The notes under the pieces were generated by a model. The model was not told the DNA's origin and did not search any database. It saw nothing but the letters and a program-made list of their open reading frames with translations. A DNA stretch of 64,000 nt, from NCBI RefSeq assembly GCF_009914755.1, contig NC_060930.1. The stretch is one strand, 5' to 3'. Made by a program: the position numbers and the translations under genes. This document shows, one piece after another, positions 48,857 to 62,585 of this stretch. Origin of the DNA: the human T2T-CHM13v2.0 reference genome, Homo sapiens. How positions within the stretch are numbered: position 1 is the stretch's first letter; each line of letters opens with the position of its first letter.

Positions 48857-48954
48857 CTTAGTAGAGTTCCTGAATTGGCCAATGCTAATTGGAACTCTAC
48901 TAAGTCTACTTACTCCAGTTAGTAGAATTCCAATATAGCGTTGGCCAATTCAGG
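48857..48954. repeat. Nested inverted repeat (about 35-bp stem plus overlapping perfect 14-bp IR)
   Basis: 48869-48903 pairs with 48919-48954; 48857-48870 is the exact reverse complement of 48891-48904. Confidence 0.88.
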
Positions 48955-51404
48955 TTCAAAGTAGTAAAAAGACTTTTAATCTCTCAACCAAAGCTAACTT
49001 TCTGAAATGTTCAGCTTTGATATACTTTAGGGTCTCCCCTACAATCATAAGATTTAAATCTTTATGGTTTTGAGTGACCTAACTGTATGATCAACAGAAA
49101 AAGAGTTTTTTTTTTCTGTTTTATTTCTCATTTTTGTTCCTACCCAGTGAGAAAAAATAGTGGGCAGCATTATTTAAGAAAAGAGGACAGACCTTTATAA
49201 GGTTTGCTCTTTCACTTGCTTTTATTGAGGGCCACGGTGGGCCACACACTCACTTATGTGTCTCTATATATTTCCTGAAAATTATTTCTAACATATCCTT
49301 TATAAACAAATTTCTGCAGCTTGGAATATTTTATGTTCTAGAGAAAATGATTTACATTTCTTTCCCAAGTTTCCACTCACCATAGCAAAGAAAAGGAAAT
49401 TTAATTCAAAATCATTTACTGGCTCCTGGGGATTTGTTTGCATAAAAGTCACTCTGGTGATATTTAAATTAAAACTCTTAATGATGAGTTGGGAAGAATT
49501 TAAATTACCTAGTGCTTTGAATTATTGTAATAAGTTACAACACCTGGAATTGCCAAGTAATTCCAGGAAAGCAATAAGAAAAATTCAGCTGAACCAGTAA
49601 GAGTTCTATTACACTTACGATGTAAGTCAAGGAAATGCATCTTATTTCTAGGGCATGGTAGTTAGGACTAAATTTCTGAGTGTTAGAGAGGTTTTAATAT
49701 GTGGTCAGGCAGAATAGAATCAGAAATAACAGCAAGTGTTTCTAGGAAGAACATGAAGTAAGAAAGAACTGAGTTGAACTGGAAGCTTTGGAAAGCTATA
49801 GCTACCAGTTAGTTTTATAGCTAGTTCTTAGTCTGTTGACTACATAGAAAAACCCAATATGTGATATCAAACTGCCTCCAACTACAGTGACAACGAATTT
49901 CTTTTTGTGGGAATTCTTCTCGATTAGTGGTGCACTCCCCTCACCGCCCTGCAAACACACTTTTCCCCAACTTTTAAAAAATCATTTTCAATGCATGATA
50001 GACTATACATACAGCCAGGGTGGGCAGTAGCCAACAGTGGTATGATTTCAAGCATGCTGAAAATTTCCATGCACCTCCTTCCATAAACATCTCCTTGGCC
50101 ATATTGCTTGGGTAAGAGTTTAGATTCGGGAAATTATTTTCCCTGGATGGGAAAGATAAGCCATGAGTCATCCTGAATTCCTGGGGAAGCTCTTTCCTTC
50201 CCTGGCTGGTTTCCTGGCTTCATTCCTTTAGCTTAAGTCATTATTCCCGTAACATGTCTACTGGCTCCTTCACTTATTACCTCAGTCTCCTTCTGCACAA
50301 AATGACAATGGTGGTAGTATCTAGCTCATAGGGTTGCATAAGTCCCATGAAATACTTGATGAGAAATGCTTAGCACAGTACTTAGATTATAGTAAAGTTT
50401 AAATAAATGTTATTATGTAATATATAAAGGTGTTCTTTCTCCCTTGTATTGACCTTGGGAGAATAGCAGGGTTTTGAGGCAAGTTAATGTGGTAAGGACT
50501 AAGTTATTAAAACCTTCATTATTTGCAGCATTTTCTTTTATAAAGAAAGGTGTAGGCCTGGATTTATTGACTCTGATAGAGTTTATATATTTCTGGTGAA
50601 CTGAGAGTTCTATGATGCTCTTATATCAAATCAAATCAACTTTGTACCTGATTGTTCTTCCAGACATAATGTTCAAGTGCTTGTGAATTTGGGAGATAGC
50701 ACCAAGAAGCTTCACTGTGTTATATCTTATAAATATTAAAAATATTTTGAAAAAATACTATTTTCACATAGAAATGTGAAAATTAAGAGTTCATTTGTAT
50801 GCTTGGCTCCATTAAAATTTGTTTCTTTAGCAATTTTGAAATTATTTTTATTTGTTTCCCAAGGAGACTAATTAGGTTACTAAAGCTATTACAGGTTAGT
50901 ATTATGTCTAAGGTGGAACTATTTGGAAACAATTAAAATATTAAGAAGGCTAGTATGGCATTTAAAACCTGTTGGTGTACTATATTATTTAATATCAGAT
51001 TGCGGTAAGTAAAATAATCTAAAATTGTTTGAGTCAATCTCATAGCTAACCAGAACAGCATCCTTTCTCGGTCATCCAATATATATTAAGGTATTGGCAT
51101 TAACTAACAAAGAAAAAAATGTTATACTTTCTATAGTATGTTGGAAGTTAAAGTAAAATAATACTTTATTTATTTTATAATAAAAAATCTTTTAAAGCCA
51201 ATGATTTTTGAGGTGAGAAATGGAAAATTTTTTTAATCATCTGGATACTTTATTATTCTCTAGATAACATGTAATAATATGAGGATTTTTTTTTCCTTTC
51301 AGAAATATATTTCAATGACAGCCAAGTACTGAGGCATAAGAAATATCTTTGAAAATCTTAAAGTAATTTTCCAAGTTTAGTTTCTACTGTTCATGGGATT
51401 TGAA

Positions 51405-51709
51405 TTTTTTTTTTTTTTTTTTTTTTTGAGACAGAGTCTTGCTCTGTTGCCCACACTGGAGTGCAGTGCTGCTATCTCTGCTTCCTGCAACCTCTGCCTC
51501 CTGAGTTCAACCAATTCTCCCTGCCTCAGCCTCCTGAGTAGCTGGGATTACAGGCATCTGCCACCAAGCCCGGCTAATCTTCGTATTTTTAGTAGAGACA
51601 GGGTTTTGCCATGTTGGCCAGGCTGGTCTCGAACTCCTGCCCTCAGGTGATCCGCCCGCTTCGGCCTCCCAAAATGCTGGGATTACAGGTGTGAGCCATT
51701 GTGCCAGGC
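51405..51709 (-). mobile_element. AluS
   Basis: T-tail and full dimer; TSD gggatttga. Confidence 0.92.
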
Positions 51710-52596
51710 TGGGATTTGAGATTTTTGATTTGACTAGGAATAACCCTGTCTGAACAAACATCTCCTACCTGATTGCAATACCATATGTCACCCTTATAAA
51801 CAGAAGCCTCTGTGGAAACCAAAACGTTCAGTATAAAAGGGAAAAACACAGTTATATACTTTTTATAATATTGAGCAATAACGACCATTTTCTCCATAAA
51901 ATTCGTGTTTAGCTCCCACACACATGAACATAAGGCAAATGGCATCAGGCTTCTGGAATACAGGAAGGGCTGATGGTGCGGTAGAAGAGGGGAAGAGAGG
52001 CAGGGCCAGATGTTACGGTGGAGACTGTGTTTGTATATGTTTCCTTCAGCTCATCTCAGAATTTTTTCATCCATGTAGGGAAAAGCCGAGGACAGAGTAG
52101 TATGATAGTCGTTCTTGCTGTCACTGAATTAAGAATTTTAAAATTCAAAGAGTGTCAAACTTGTGTTTCTTTCTTTTTACTACTTCTGTCTCTCTCAGAA
52201 TGGAACCTCACACCCTTCGGTAAACTTAGAAAATATACGCCTGGCCTCACTCCTTATTCACCTACACTTTTAGCAGAATGAATGTCTTATCTCTCAAATC
52301 AATTTTCAGATTTCAATGTGGTATTTCTGCACTAGTCACAGTCTGATGTATAACACTGTGGTAAAATTGACTATGGCTTGAACAACACAGTGGAACCTAA
52401 TTGATAACTGCAGGACAAATCTTCAAAAATAAATGTAAAAATTTATTATTTTCTTCTCTATGAAGAAGTATTTTAGGCTGTTAAAAAGTAGACTTCTAAA
52501 GTCATTTTGTGTGTTCATAGTACAGGCACCTACTCTCTGGCCTCTCCATGGCTGGGTCTGTCTTGACCTAAAGTATGTTCCATAAAACACTAGTTT

Positions 52597-52900
52597 GGCC
52601 GGGAGGTGTGGCTCACACCTGTAATCTCAGCACTTTGGGAGGCCGAGGTGGGCGGATCACAAGGTCAGGAGATCAAGACCATCCTAGCTAACACGGTGAA
52701 ACCCCGTTTGTACTAAAAATACGAAGAAAAATTAGCCGGGTGTGGTGGCACGTGTCTGTAGTCCCAGCTACTCGGGAGGCTGAGGCAGGAGAATCATTTG
52801 AAACTGGGAGGCGGAGGTTGCAGTGAGCCTAGATCCCGCCACTGCACTCCCAGGCGACAGAGCAAGACTCTGTCTCAAAAAAAAAAAAAAAAAAAAAAAA
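52597..52900 (+). mobile_element. AluSc/AluY-like
   Basis: ggatcacaaggtcaggagatcaagaccatcctagctaacacggtg; A24 tail; TSD aaaa(c/g)actagtt. Confidence 0.92.
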
Positions 52901-55900
52901 GACTAGTTCATTGATCTGCTTCACAATAAAAATGATATGATGTAAATGAAATAAAATATTTTGCACTGGACCAAATCCTGAACATTTAACACCATGAACA
53001 TTATTACCATGTTTTAGAGCTCACATACATTAGCAGTTTGTAAAAAACACTGCAGTGAAGACAAAAATCTAATTTTCAAAACCGGTGTTTCTCAGAACTA
53101 TTTTATTACCTCCTTTTGTAATTACCTATTAAAATTCCTCAGAACTAGTGTTCTAAGGAACTCATTTAAGGAAATATCACAGTTCATCCATTTTCAGATG
53201 CATATTTTTTTCACCCATTAACACCTCTGAAATTGAGATGCTTTCTTACATTTGTTGATGCCTTGGGTTCAATGAAATATGACATTGCCCTAGCAACTTT
53301 AATGGCAATTGTGTGTGCTGTTTTAGTTATGATTAGGCTCAGCTGAAAGTGACAAAAATTTAAAATGACGGTTGCTTAAATAAGATAGAAACTGATTTCT
53401 CACCAGTAAATCTGGAAGTGGGTAGCCCTGTGCTGGAATTGTACTCTGTGGTGCTGGATACCCACACTTCATTCTTCTTGTCCTTCCATTGCCCAGCACC
53501 TTTATTTCCAAGGTCATATAATGGTTCAACAGGACTGCTCTATGTCTGTCTGCAATGCCTACATTTCTGCCAACAGAAAAATACGAAAGATCAAGACAAA
53601 GGAGTAAAAGTCAAGTGCCAGCTGTCTCTTAAGGAAAGATCTCAGAAGCTACTTTACATTCCACAGGGTACAACTTAGTGATAGCAGCCTGGGTAGGCGG
53701 GTTGAGGGGGGTGCATGGAGGGGCTGGGAAGTGGGCAATTACATTACATATTGATCTTTTTAAGAAGTCATTAAAAGATTACTCTATTATAAAAAACTAG
53801 AGACTTATCAAAGGATACCTCTTTTAAAGGTAAGGCACAAAGACAAATATTGTTGAAGATGAGAAATTCATTTAGCCATTAGCAACTAGAAAATTAGCCT
53901 TTTCATCCCCAGTATCAAATAGTTCCAAAATTTCTTGGTATTCATGGCCACTGACCTTAGATTGTAAAGGTCATAACAGAATTTCATTCTCTGTTGCTTC
54001 ATTTGGTTCTCAGGTCACTATAAGCATCCAAGCTTAAATGGGTGGGGGGAAATACAACTGAAAATATAGGGCTGATGCACATAGAGGATATTGTGTGGAT
54101 ACAGACTCAATTGTAAGAATGTCTAGAATTTATTCTGAGGTTCCTGAGAAAATTGATCAATTTATCTCAAGCTATGCTATGATTACATTTCCACCACTCT
54201 TTTAGAGATTTTAATTTAATTAAATGCAAATGTTATACAATTCTCCAGTGTTTATTGTTGTATTTAATTCCCATATTTGCCAACAATATCTTTAATTTCT
54301 AATTTTTAAATGAAAATACTGAAACAGGGAGACTGTTCACATTGAACATCAAATTTGGCTAATACTGATTTGGAAATATGGTTAGATCCTGATTAAAATA
54401 TTTTTCAACATTACAATGAAAAGAATTAAGCATATCTATATGAAATCCTGTAAGTCTTTCTTAAAAATGAATTTCTATCTACTCAAGCCAGTGTCATTTT
54501 GGAATTTCTGTCACTATCAGCTGATCTTCTTGATTCTTTTGTTTTATTAAGCAAAAAAAAAAAAAATTAAAAACAAATGTATCATTCATTAAAGCCAAAC
54601 TTCTATTACCAATTCCTAACAGCCATTATTCTGTGATGCTTACCTTTATTTATAAACTCTAAACAATTTACTTTACAGAGGAATACAGTAATTGTGAAAT
54701 AATGAAATATAAAATTTTCTGTGGTTTTATAATATCAGATTAGCTGATATCATGAGGCAGATAAAAAATATGTGCCTGCTGCTCCTCAAATCCTAGGAGC
54801 TCATTTTTAGTAAAAGCAGTAATAAATAAATGGTAAAAATCTTGAAAATCCAACAGATGATCTTCATAAATTGATCTGGCTTAGTGGATTGGTAAATAAG
54901 TTTTTAATAAAAGTGTCATTTTGCTTGTTGTTTCACTATTGCCTTGTCTTATTGAGACGGATTCACCATTTATATTTTTTCATTTTTAAAGAATAAATCA
55001 TAAAAGCGACAAATGCATGCTAGTATTATGATTTAACTTAAAGTGCCTATGGAGGAAAACATACTTTTACTTGATAGATACGTATTTCATTATTATTATT
55101 AAATATTTATTGCATATCTCTCATATGCAAAGTACTCTGATAGGCTTTCAAATGTGGAGGTCAATTTCTAAATAACCCAACCCTGCTGAATTGTGTTTAA
55201 AGTAATAGTTATATGTTTATTTTTTCAGTAGAGTAGAAGGAACATATCCTAGCTTTGTCATTAAGTTGAAATTTTAAAGTGATAAAATAACAATTGACAC
55301 TCCACTATTTTTCTGAAAACATGAGGCGACTTAGTATTATAAATGCCTAAAGGCACACTGACAAACCAATAATACAAAATTGAAGGGTATGAGTTTTAAG
55401 ATATGTATATTTCTGCCTCAGCTAGGAAGGCACCTTTCAAAAGTGAGTCTGTATCTCTCAAATTATCTACCCAGAGCAATAAATGTATTCTGCCCCAACC
55501 CTAAGATTCTGCAATGCAGTCCATCTAATGTCATCAAAACCCCCAAATCACTTAGTTTTCTATGATACCATCCTTGAAGTTATCATGTAAGCACTTCACA
55601 ATGATCTGCTTGATGTTTTTGGCACTTTCTTCCATCATCAAAATAGCAGCAATGGACCTCAGGATACAATAACTTTCTTGTCAGGTGGTAATAGTTTTCT
55701 AAGTCAAAACTGAACTCCCCTATTAAAATACAAATTTATAAATTATTTTGGATGAAAACCTTTTCAAGCAGACTTGTAAATTCTAAACATTCCTTGTTTT
55801 AATCTTGGAAGCTATTATGTACTTATCAGAAGTAATTTTTTTTTGCAAGATACCAACCAGATCAGTAATATGACTAGCTCAAGGCACAATCACAAAACTT

Positions 55901-56518
55901 TTAAATTGGTAAAAATTTTTAACATTTTACTTCTGCGGCAAATTAGCCATATATTTCTGATAAAGCAGGGAAACTATAGAAATGAAGCAGTTAAGAATTT
56001 AGAAGCCTGAGTGTAGTCCTAGGAGCATTTCTTGTTTAGCTGAGGGACTCAACATGTCTTTTAACTGCTAAAAGTTAGTTTTCTCATTCATAAAAAATAG
56101 CTAATAATATTTGTCCCTGAGTATATCACATAGGAATATTGAGAAGACAAAATAAAATAATGAGTATTAAGACATTAAAACACTTTCAAAACTTGAAAGA
56201 ATGCTCAGAAATGATTGGGGTGTGTGTGTGTGTGTGTGTGAGAACATATATACACAACTGATGAAAAACTAATAAACAAATCGTTATTTGGTTTAAGCCT
56301 GATTCTTTTTGGAAGTGAAAGTCATCTCTTTAGAAAAGTTTGGGAAATAACAGGTTATAGTGTTCTAGATTTTCTTTGAATGAAATGAACAGAACAAGTT
56401 TACAATTTAGTTGGCTTCTTGGAAAGATGGCAGCCAAAACAGACTTTGTCAGGGCTTTAACCTGGGCTCTTAAGAAACCATAATTTTGCACCGTTGCTCT
56501 TTCACACTTCCTGAAGTC

Positions 56519-56822
56519 TTTTTTTTTTTTTTTGAGATGGAGTCTTGCACTGTCGCCCAGGCTGGAGAGCAGTAGCGCGATCTCGGCTCACTGCAACCTC
56601 TTGCAATTTCCACCTCCCAGGTTCAAGTGATTCTCCCACCTGAGCCTCCTGAGTAGCTGGGATTACAGGTGCCCACCACCATGCCTGGCTAATTTTTTGT
56701 ATTTTTAGTAAAGACGGGTTTTCACCATGTTGGCCAGGCTGGTCTCGAACTCCTGACCTTGTGATCCACCCGCCTCAGCCTCCCAAAGTGCTGGGATTAC
56801 AGGCGTGAGCCACCGTGCCCAG
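56519..56822 (-). mobile_element. AluS (Sc/Sg-like)
   Basis: T-tail and full dimer; TSD tcctgaagtc. Confidence 0.92.
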
Positions 56823-57382
56823 TCCTGAAGTCCTTTTTAGACTTCAAGTATTTTATAAATATCAACCAATTCATCCTAGTTGTATTTCCTAATAGCTGGT
56901 GTAAAATTGATGTGTTCCTTGGGGCTCTATACACATATAATACATAATTGTCATAAATGCACCCTTTCAAAATTAATTTCATCTCAGAATCACATAAACT
57001 CTTTAAAATAGGAGAGACAGAGAAGTAAATGTTCTTTATGAGGACAAATTTGAATAACACCATGTGGTCTTCCTATGGATGAGCAAAACTCTGATTCAAG
57101 GTGATAGAAACATTGGCTGATATTATTGCACTGTGCAGTAACCCAGTAAAACCATTCTATGTATTTTTCTCATGACCTTGTATTAGGTTATGAGTCCCCA
57201 TATTGAATTGTCATTTTTAACCATAGAGTGAAATATAAATCCCACATAGCTGTAGTTCATCTGGAAACTTGGATGTATAAAATAATTTAAAAAATAATTA
57301 TAACTTTATAAAAGGGCGTGACATTTTCCTATTGAGACATATTTGAGAAAATCTCATATATGTACCTCTTCTTCCTCTTTAG

Positions 57383-57506
57383 GCTTCTTTACCTGCAACA
57401 ACTGATCTTCCAGAGTTTTTTGTTGCTTCTTATAAATGGCCTGGATGGACTCATGGCCCATTGGATCAAAAAAATTGTGCTGCATCCTGGGCATTTTCCA
57501 CTGCAA
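57383..57506 (+). CDS. TINAG: TINAG exon 5 (124 nt; ASLPATTDLPEFFVASYKWPGWTHGPLDQKNCAASWAFSTA), start of C1A peptidase-like domain
   Basis: Acceptor ctctttag|, donor CAA|gtaata; LPEFF...KWP...DQ.NC..SWAF matches the papain-family N-terminus. Confidence 0.95.
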
Positions 57507-60199
57507 GTAATAAAGTCATTTTAATTCCTTCCTTATAAACTACTCCTTTTGGCTCTAGAGACTGAGAGAATAATTGAACAATTTTAACAATTAGAATATT
57601 TAAATATTAGCATATGATCAAATAAAATCTCATTATGATGGAAGAAAGTAACCTGAAGATTATATAAAAAATCCATTTTTAGTCTAAAAGTTTTTTTTTT
57701 TTATTTTAGGGCGAAATTTTAAATAGAGAGCGAATCAAAAGAGTGACAAAATAAATTTACTAAAATGTGTTTGTCTATTCAGAGTTAAGGCCAAATAATA
57801 AAAAAGGATTAAGGTTCTTTTTCATTCATATATTATTTATAATTCTAATATACATATAGACACACCCACGTAATCCTCATACCTTTACTCTTTATATGAT
57901 TTGCAAAAACAGTTATTAATCTAATTTGATGTGAAGTAAGACTTTAAACCTAAATAATAATGGATCAAATGGATTTTATTTCATTTTAAATAAATATAAG
58001 CAAATATATAGGTTCTGACTCAAAAGTAATGTAACTGATCTTTTAATAAGAATAGCTTCTAAATTAAGTCTACTGTTACTCAAAAAGTATAAGCAATGAC
58101 TCTTTTATAGTTACTTTCATATAAATTCACAAATCCAATAAATTAGTTACAGGCTAACCCTCAAATTAGGTCTCCAAAATTGTCCTCAAAGGAGTGTTGA
58201 ATATATTTCAGGAATTAAATGAAACCTAACATGATGATTGGCTGTCATTCAATTATCTTCATAAAACCATGCTCTAGAGTTTGCAGGTAATTTCAACAGT
58301 GTTCAAAGACAGTTTAAAGCCATTGAAGGATTGTGAACAAGTACATAGGCTGTTCAAGAAGCCAGCTCTGAAAGGCAGCATATCCTGGGACAGAGAAATG
58401 CTGACATCTTTGTCTAAATACCATTGCTCCATAGTATCAATCAGACAACTCCAGAAATGCCTTTGTTAAAATCATAATGGTAGCCAAACTCACCCCAAGT
58501 GGCTACATTTGTTAATTCACTGCTCCCCACACCCCCTCTCTGGCTATCTTATGATGTCCTTGATGTGTCAGGGACCCACATGGAGACCTTTCTGAGCTAA
58601 AATTTGTTTGTCTATTGATGGATAAGACCAGATAATAAAAAGAAGATTAAGGTTGTTTCAGATGGGTGGAGAGAGGTTTAATATAATAAACCGTTTGCCA
58701 TTTTATATTCATGTGGTTAAGGTGTTACACCTAGATCTATAAGAATTTTGCCTAAAATTTATATTATGCCAGTATTTCTGAAGATATCTAAAGGAAAACA
58801 TTTGTGGTGAAATACTGAAAGCAACTTGCTAGGGTGGAGGATATATTTTGGTGTTCCCAGGTCTCAACCCCACAGATAGCCTCTGCACTGTACCAAGTCA
58901 GGATTGTTCCCCTACCTAATTCACGGAACACCAGAGAGAGGTTTCCTTTTGTGATTCCAAAGGACATAGTTTTGTATCCTGTGAATTCAGTATGATAAAT
59001 TAGGGCAATTCTTTTTTGTGTTAAATAAAGAAAAAAATAAACTAAATTATCATAAAGATCTAAAAAATTACGTCGAGAAGTATTAGTTACAAAAATAGAT
59101 TATCTCTCAGAGAAACTAAAAGCTATACAATTGAATAAATAAGACTTAAAAATATGCACATATATTTTAAAAACTTATGTAATCAAATCAAATTCAAGCT
59201 ATTTTTCAGAAGCTGAAGAGATAAAGGTGTTTGGAGTAGTGGGGGTAATATGTTTCACATACATTTGAAGACGGAATAAAATAAGCAAGGGAAAGAATAG
59301 AGTGTGTCTCAGAGGTACTGTCCAGTGAGAGTTTTTAAGAAGAGAGTGGAAAACAATTGGTTGAACTGAGTCATTCTTAAATATTCTGACCTTTTCTAAA
59401 TATTTCAAGTGAATTTTAGCTAAACCATCATTGAGATTCAGAAATGTCGGTATAAGACCAACATATTGCATAACATTAGGATTTAAAACATTTATCCTTC
59501 AGTTGAAATCTACAGATTTGTGAGGCTGGAAGAGATTTTAAAGGTCACCTTATTCAAGCCTCCAGTATTATAAACGAGGCCCAAATAGGTAAAGTGGCTT
59601 ATCTGAAGCCAAAAGATGAGAAATATCAGAAATAATCCTGGAGACCAGGCTTCCAACTTCTGGATTACTGTTTTCTCTACACTATAAAAGTATTTTCTGA
59701 ATGAAAACACAGTTACACCATTTTTTAAAATTTCGATTTCTTTCTAAACCCCTGTGCTGAATGTCAGAGCATCAAAGAATTTCTCCTTTCTTTGATGAAA
59801 TGGGGAATTATTTTCTTGAGACTATCAGAAGTCGTGTAATGCCATTTGCTCCTGTGAAATATATCCTAGTGCAATAGTAGATGGGAATTTAGTAGGGAGC
59901 TGGAGGTTATAGATTTAACACATATTGAGCATCTAAAGGATGCCAGCAATTTCCCTAAAGCATTGTAATATGCTGTAGTTACATTAAAAATATGTGTATA
60001 CAAAGATACATATGTAAATGAATTAAATGAATTATTTTATAAAATTTTTAATTAGCACCTTGAGGGGTTTCAGGACACTAACAATTTTGATGAGAAAAAA
60101 AATAAACTTTCACTAAGAAAAGTGAATGAATAGAAGAAAGGTTATTATTTTGTTGCCTTTAATTAAAAGTGAGTAAGAAACCAACTTAGAACAAAACTG

Positions 60200-60243
60200 A
60201 ACAAGACTGTACCAGATATTCAACAAGACTGTTCCAGATATTC
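60200..60243. repeat. 22-bp tandem duplication
   Basis: aacaagactgt(a/t)ccagatattc x2. Confidence 0.88.
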
Positions 60244-61523
60244 AATAAAAAAGTCTGTACTAAAATGGTACCCACCCCAATTTTTTCATAATCTCATCAC
60301 TCACATTAGTTTATTTTGGTACAATGATCAAAATGATGACATCTGTAGGGTTTTGCTACTGGTTAATTAGTTTCCCTGGTCTATTATTCTAAGAGGGCAG
60401 AACTATGTCTCCCTTGTTTCTTGTTCATCATTGTAATTTCCAGTGCTACAATGCCTGTCAGTTAGTAGGTGTTTAATAAATGTGTTGAGGAAAGGAATGA
60501 ACTAATAACAATTACAATTCTAGGAAATCATATAACAAAAGAATAGAAGTTTTAATAATAAAAAGTTTGTGTGTGTGTGTGTATACATATATAATGATAT
60601 TAGTTAACAATATGATAGTCATAAATATATTATTAGTTGTATATAGCATCACATATAATCAGTTACATATATAGCTATTAGATTGTATATATATAATTAC
60701 ATGTATAGCTATATATAATGAACTATATTATATGTAACTAATAGTATTAGTTAATAGTAGTTACAACAGTTAGTAACAGTAGTAACAGTAATTGTAACTA
60801 AACAAATATATTCACTTCGTTTTATATATATGTATAAACAAGCTGAATTCCATGTCTACTAAAACAAGATTAAGATAATAATTTTCATTTATATTATGAG
60901 CACAAAAGTGTGCTATGTAGCCTTTAGATACTGTATAAGATAGATTCATATTAGTCTGGATTAGCTTAAGTATGGTCTCCTGGGTAGTTAAATTAGATTA
61001 AACCAGTTTAAAAACAAAGAATTCAGTTTTACTCCAATATATCAGATGACTGTGGATGAATTTCCAATGAATATTTCTATGGTTAGTTTTCTTGATTGCC
61101 CTGGTTTAGTTAAATTCATTTAGAAAATATGTATTTTCCCATGACTATATGCAAGATACTGTTCTAGGTACAGGAAATAGAAATATAAGGAACATATGGC
61201 TCTTGCCCTCCAAGAGTTTCACCTGACAGATTCCTTAATGAGGAGTTCAGGAGTATACAGAACATCAAAGGAACAAGAAACTAAAAAAATCTTTGAAGTC
61301 AATAGGACAATTGAGTAATATCAAAATAGGACAAAAATTATAACTGAAAGTATGACACAGTTCAACTGTCTGGAATACATAAATATATTAATGCTCTTTG
61401 GCTTTAATTATAAATTATACACAGTTTTAAAGACTACGTTAGGGTTCAAACAAAAAGGGTTATGTACCTTATTAGAAATACCGTGTATCATTTCAATATT
61501 AATTGATATTCTATTTGAAACAG

Positions 61524-61674
61524 GTGTGGCTGCTGACCGAATAGCAATTCAGTCTAAGGGTCGATACACGGCCAATCTATCCCCTCAGAATTTGATCTCT
61601 TGCTGTGCCAAGAACCGTCATGGATGCAATAGTGGAAGCATCGATAGGGCTTGGTGGTACCTGAGAAAACGTGG
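61524..61674 (+). CDS. TINAG: TINAG exon 6 (151 nt; VAADRIAIQSKGRYTANLSPQNLISCCAKNRHGCNSGSIDRAWWYLRKRG)
   Basis: Acceptor aaacag|, donor TGG|gtaaat; LSPQNLISC and GCNSG papain motifs; matches the 3' part of ORF 61352..61678. Confidence 0.96.
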
Positions 61675-62585
61675 GTAAATAGCTGCTCAACATGTGTTTC
61701 TAGGATTTTTATGAATGATGCATTGTGTTAGAACAAGGAAAATAATCCCAAGATTTTTACAAAAAAGTACTTAAAAATATATATACTACATCTACATGAA
61801 TATAAATATGCTACATTTAAATGTATACTATATTTCTTATCTATTGGGATTAGAAGCTATTAGAAACACCTCCTGAAGAACGTATACATTTCTAGCTAAA
61901 TTAATATGAATTTTACTTTTGAAGACTCAAGTAAATATTTTCTTTTTGTTGTTCTGAGCCAAGTGAGTCCCCACAGGCAGAATAAAATAATCAGGGTTGC
62001 TGATCTCTCTGCTGTGCTTTTCAGTTACCCAGATTGATGAACAGATAATGTCAGGTAAAATTAGGCTAAACATAAGAATAATAATATAAAGAAATAATTT
62101 ACAGTTGTTTCAACTCATCAGTATTGTTCATTAATTTTCTCCACTCCATTTGATGAAAAATGGGGGCTGCATTTCCTTACTTTCATGTAGGCTGATACCC
62201 ATATAACATCCTTGTGTCTTCTATAAGAGCTGATCTGCTAAAAAGCTGAGTTATTCAGCTAAGGAAGCTGCAGCTGATAAAGAGTGTTATATATATGTAC
62301 TGCTCACTTGCTCTTCATCATCTACTCAGTGCTCTGGGTCTGCTATAGGACTAGTTAGATGCTGTAGAAAATAGTGTATGTCAGATTTTGATGGGTTGCA
62401 ATAAATTGCTTTAAATTTTTTCATACGTTTTGCCTAAAATGTGGTACTTTGAATGGGCAACTTGGGCTGATACTTTCCTTGTGTACTAGTGCTTGGTTGG
62501 CTTGCATTTTGTATTATGATAAAAAATAACAGCCCTTTAAGAACTTAAAAATGTAAATTATTATTGAGACCTGACTAAATCTCAT

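Noticed and set aside
49543-49567. 9-bp inverted repeat cctggaatt/aattccagg
   Set aside because: Short enough to arise by chance in 64 kb.
60560-60840. AT-rich TA/TAG/TAAC low-complexity stretch
   Set aside because: Degenerate simple repeat with no defined structure.
61352-61523. 5' part of the 108-aa ORF overlapping exon 6
   Set aside because: Open intronic frame upstream of the acceptor at 61524; only 61524-61674 resembles the papain domain.
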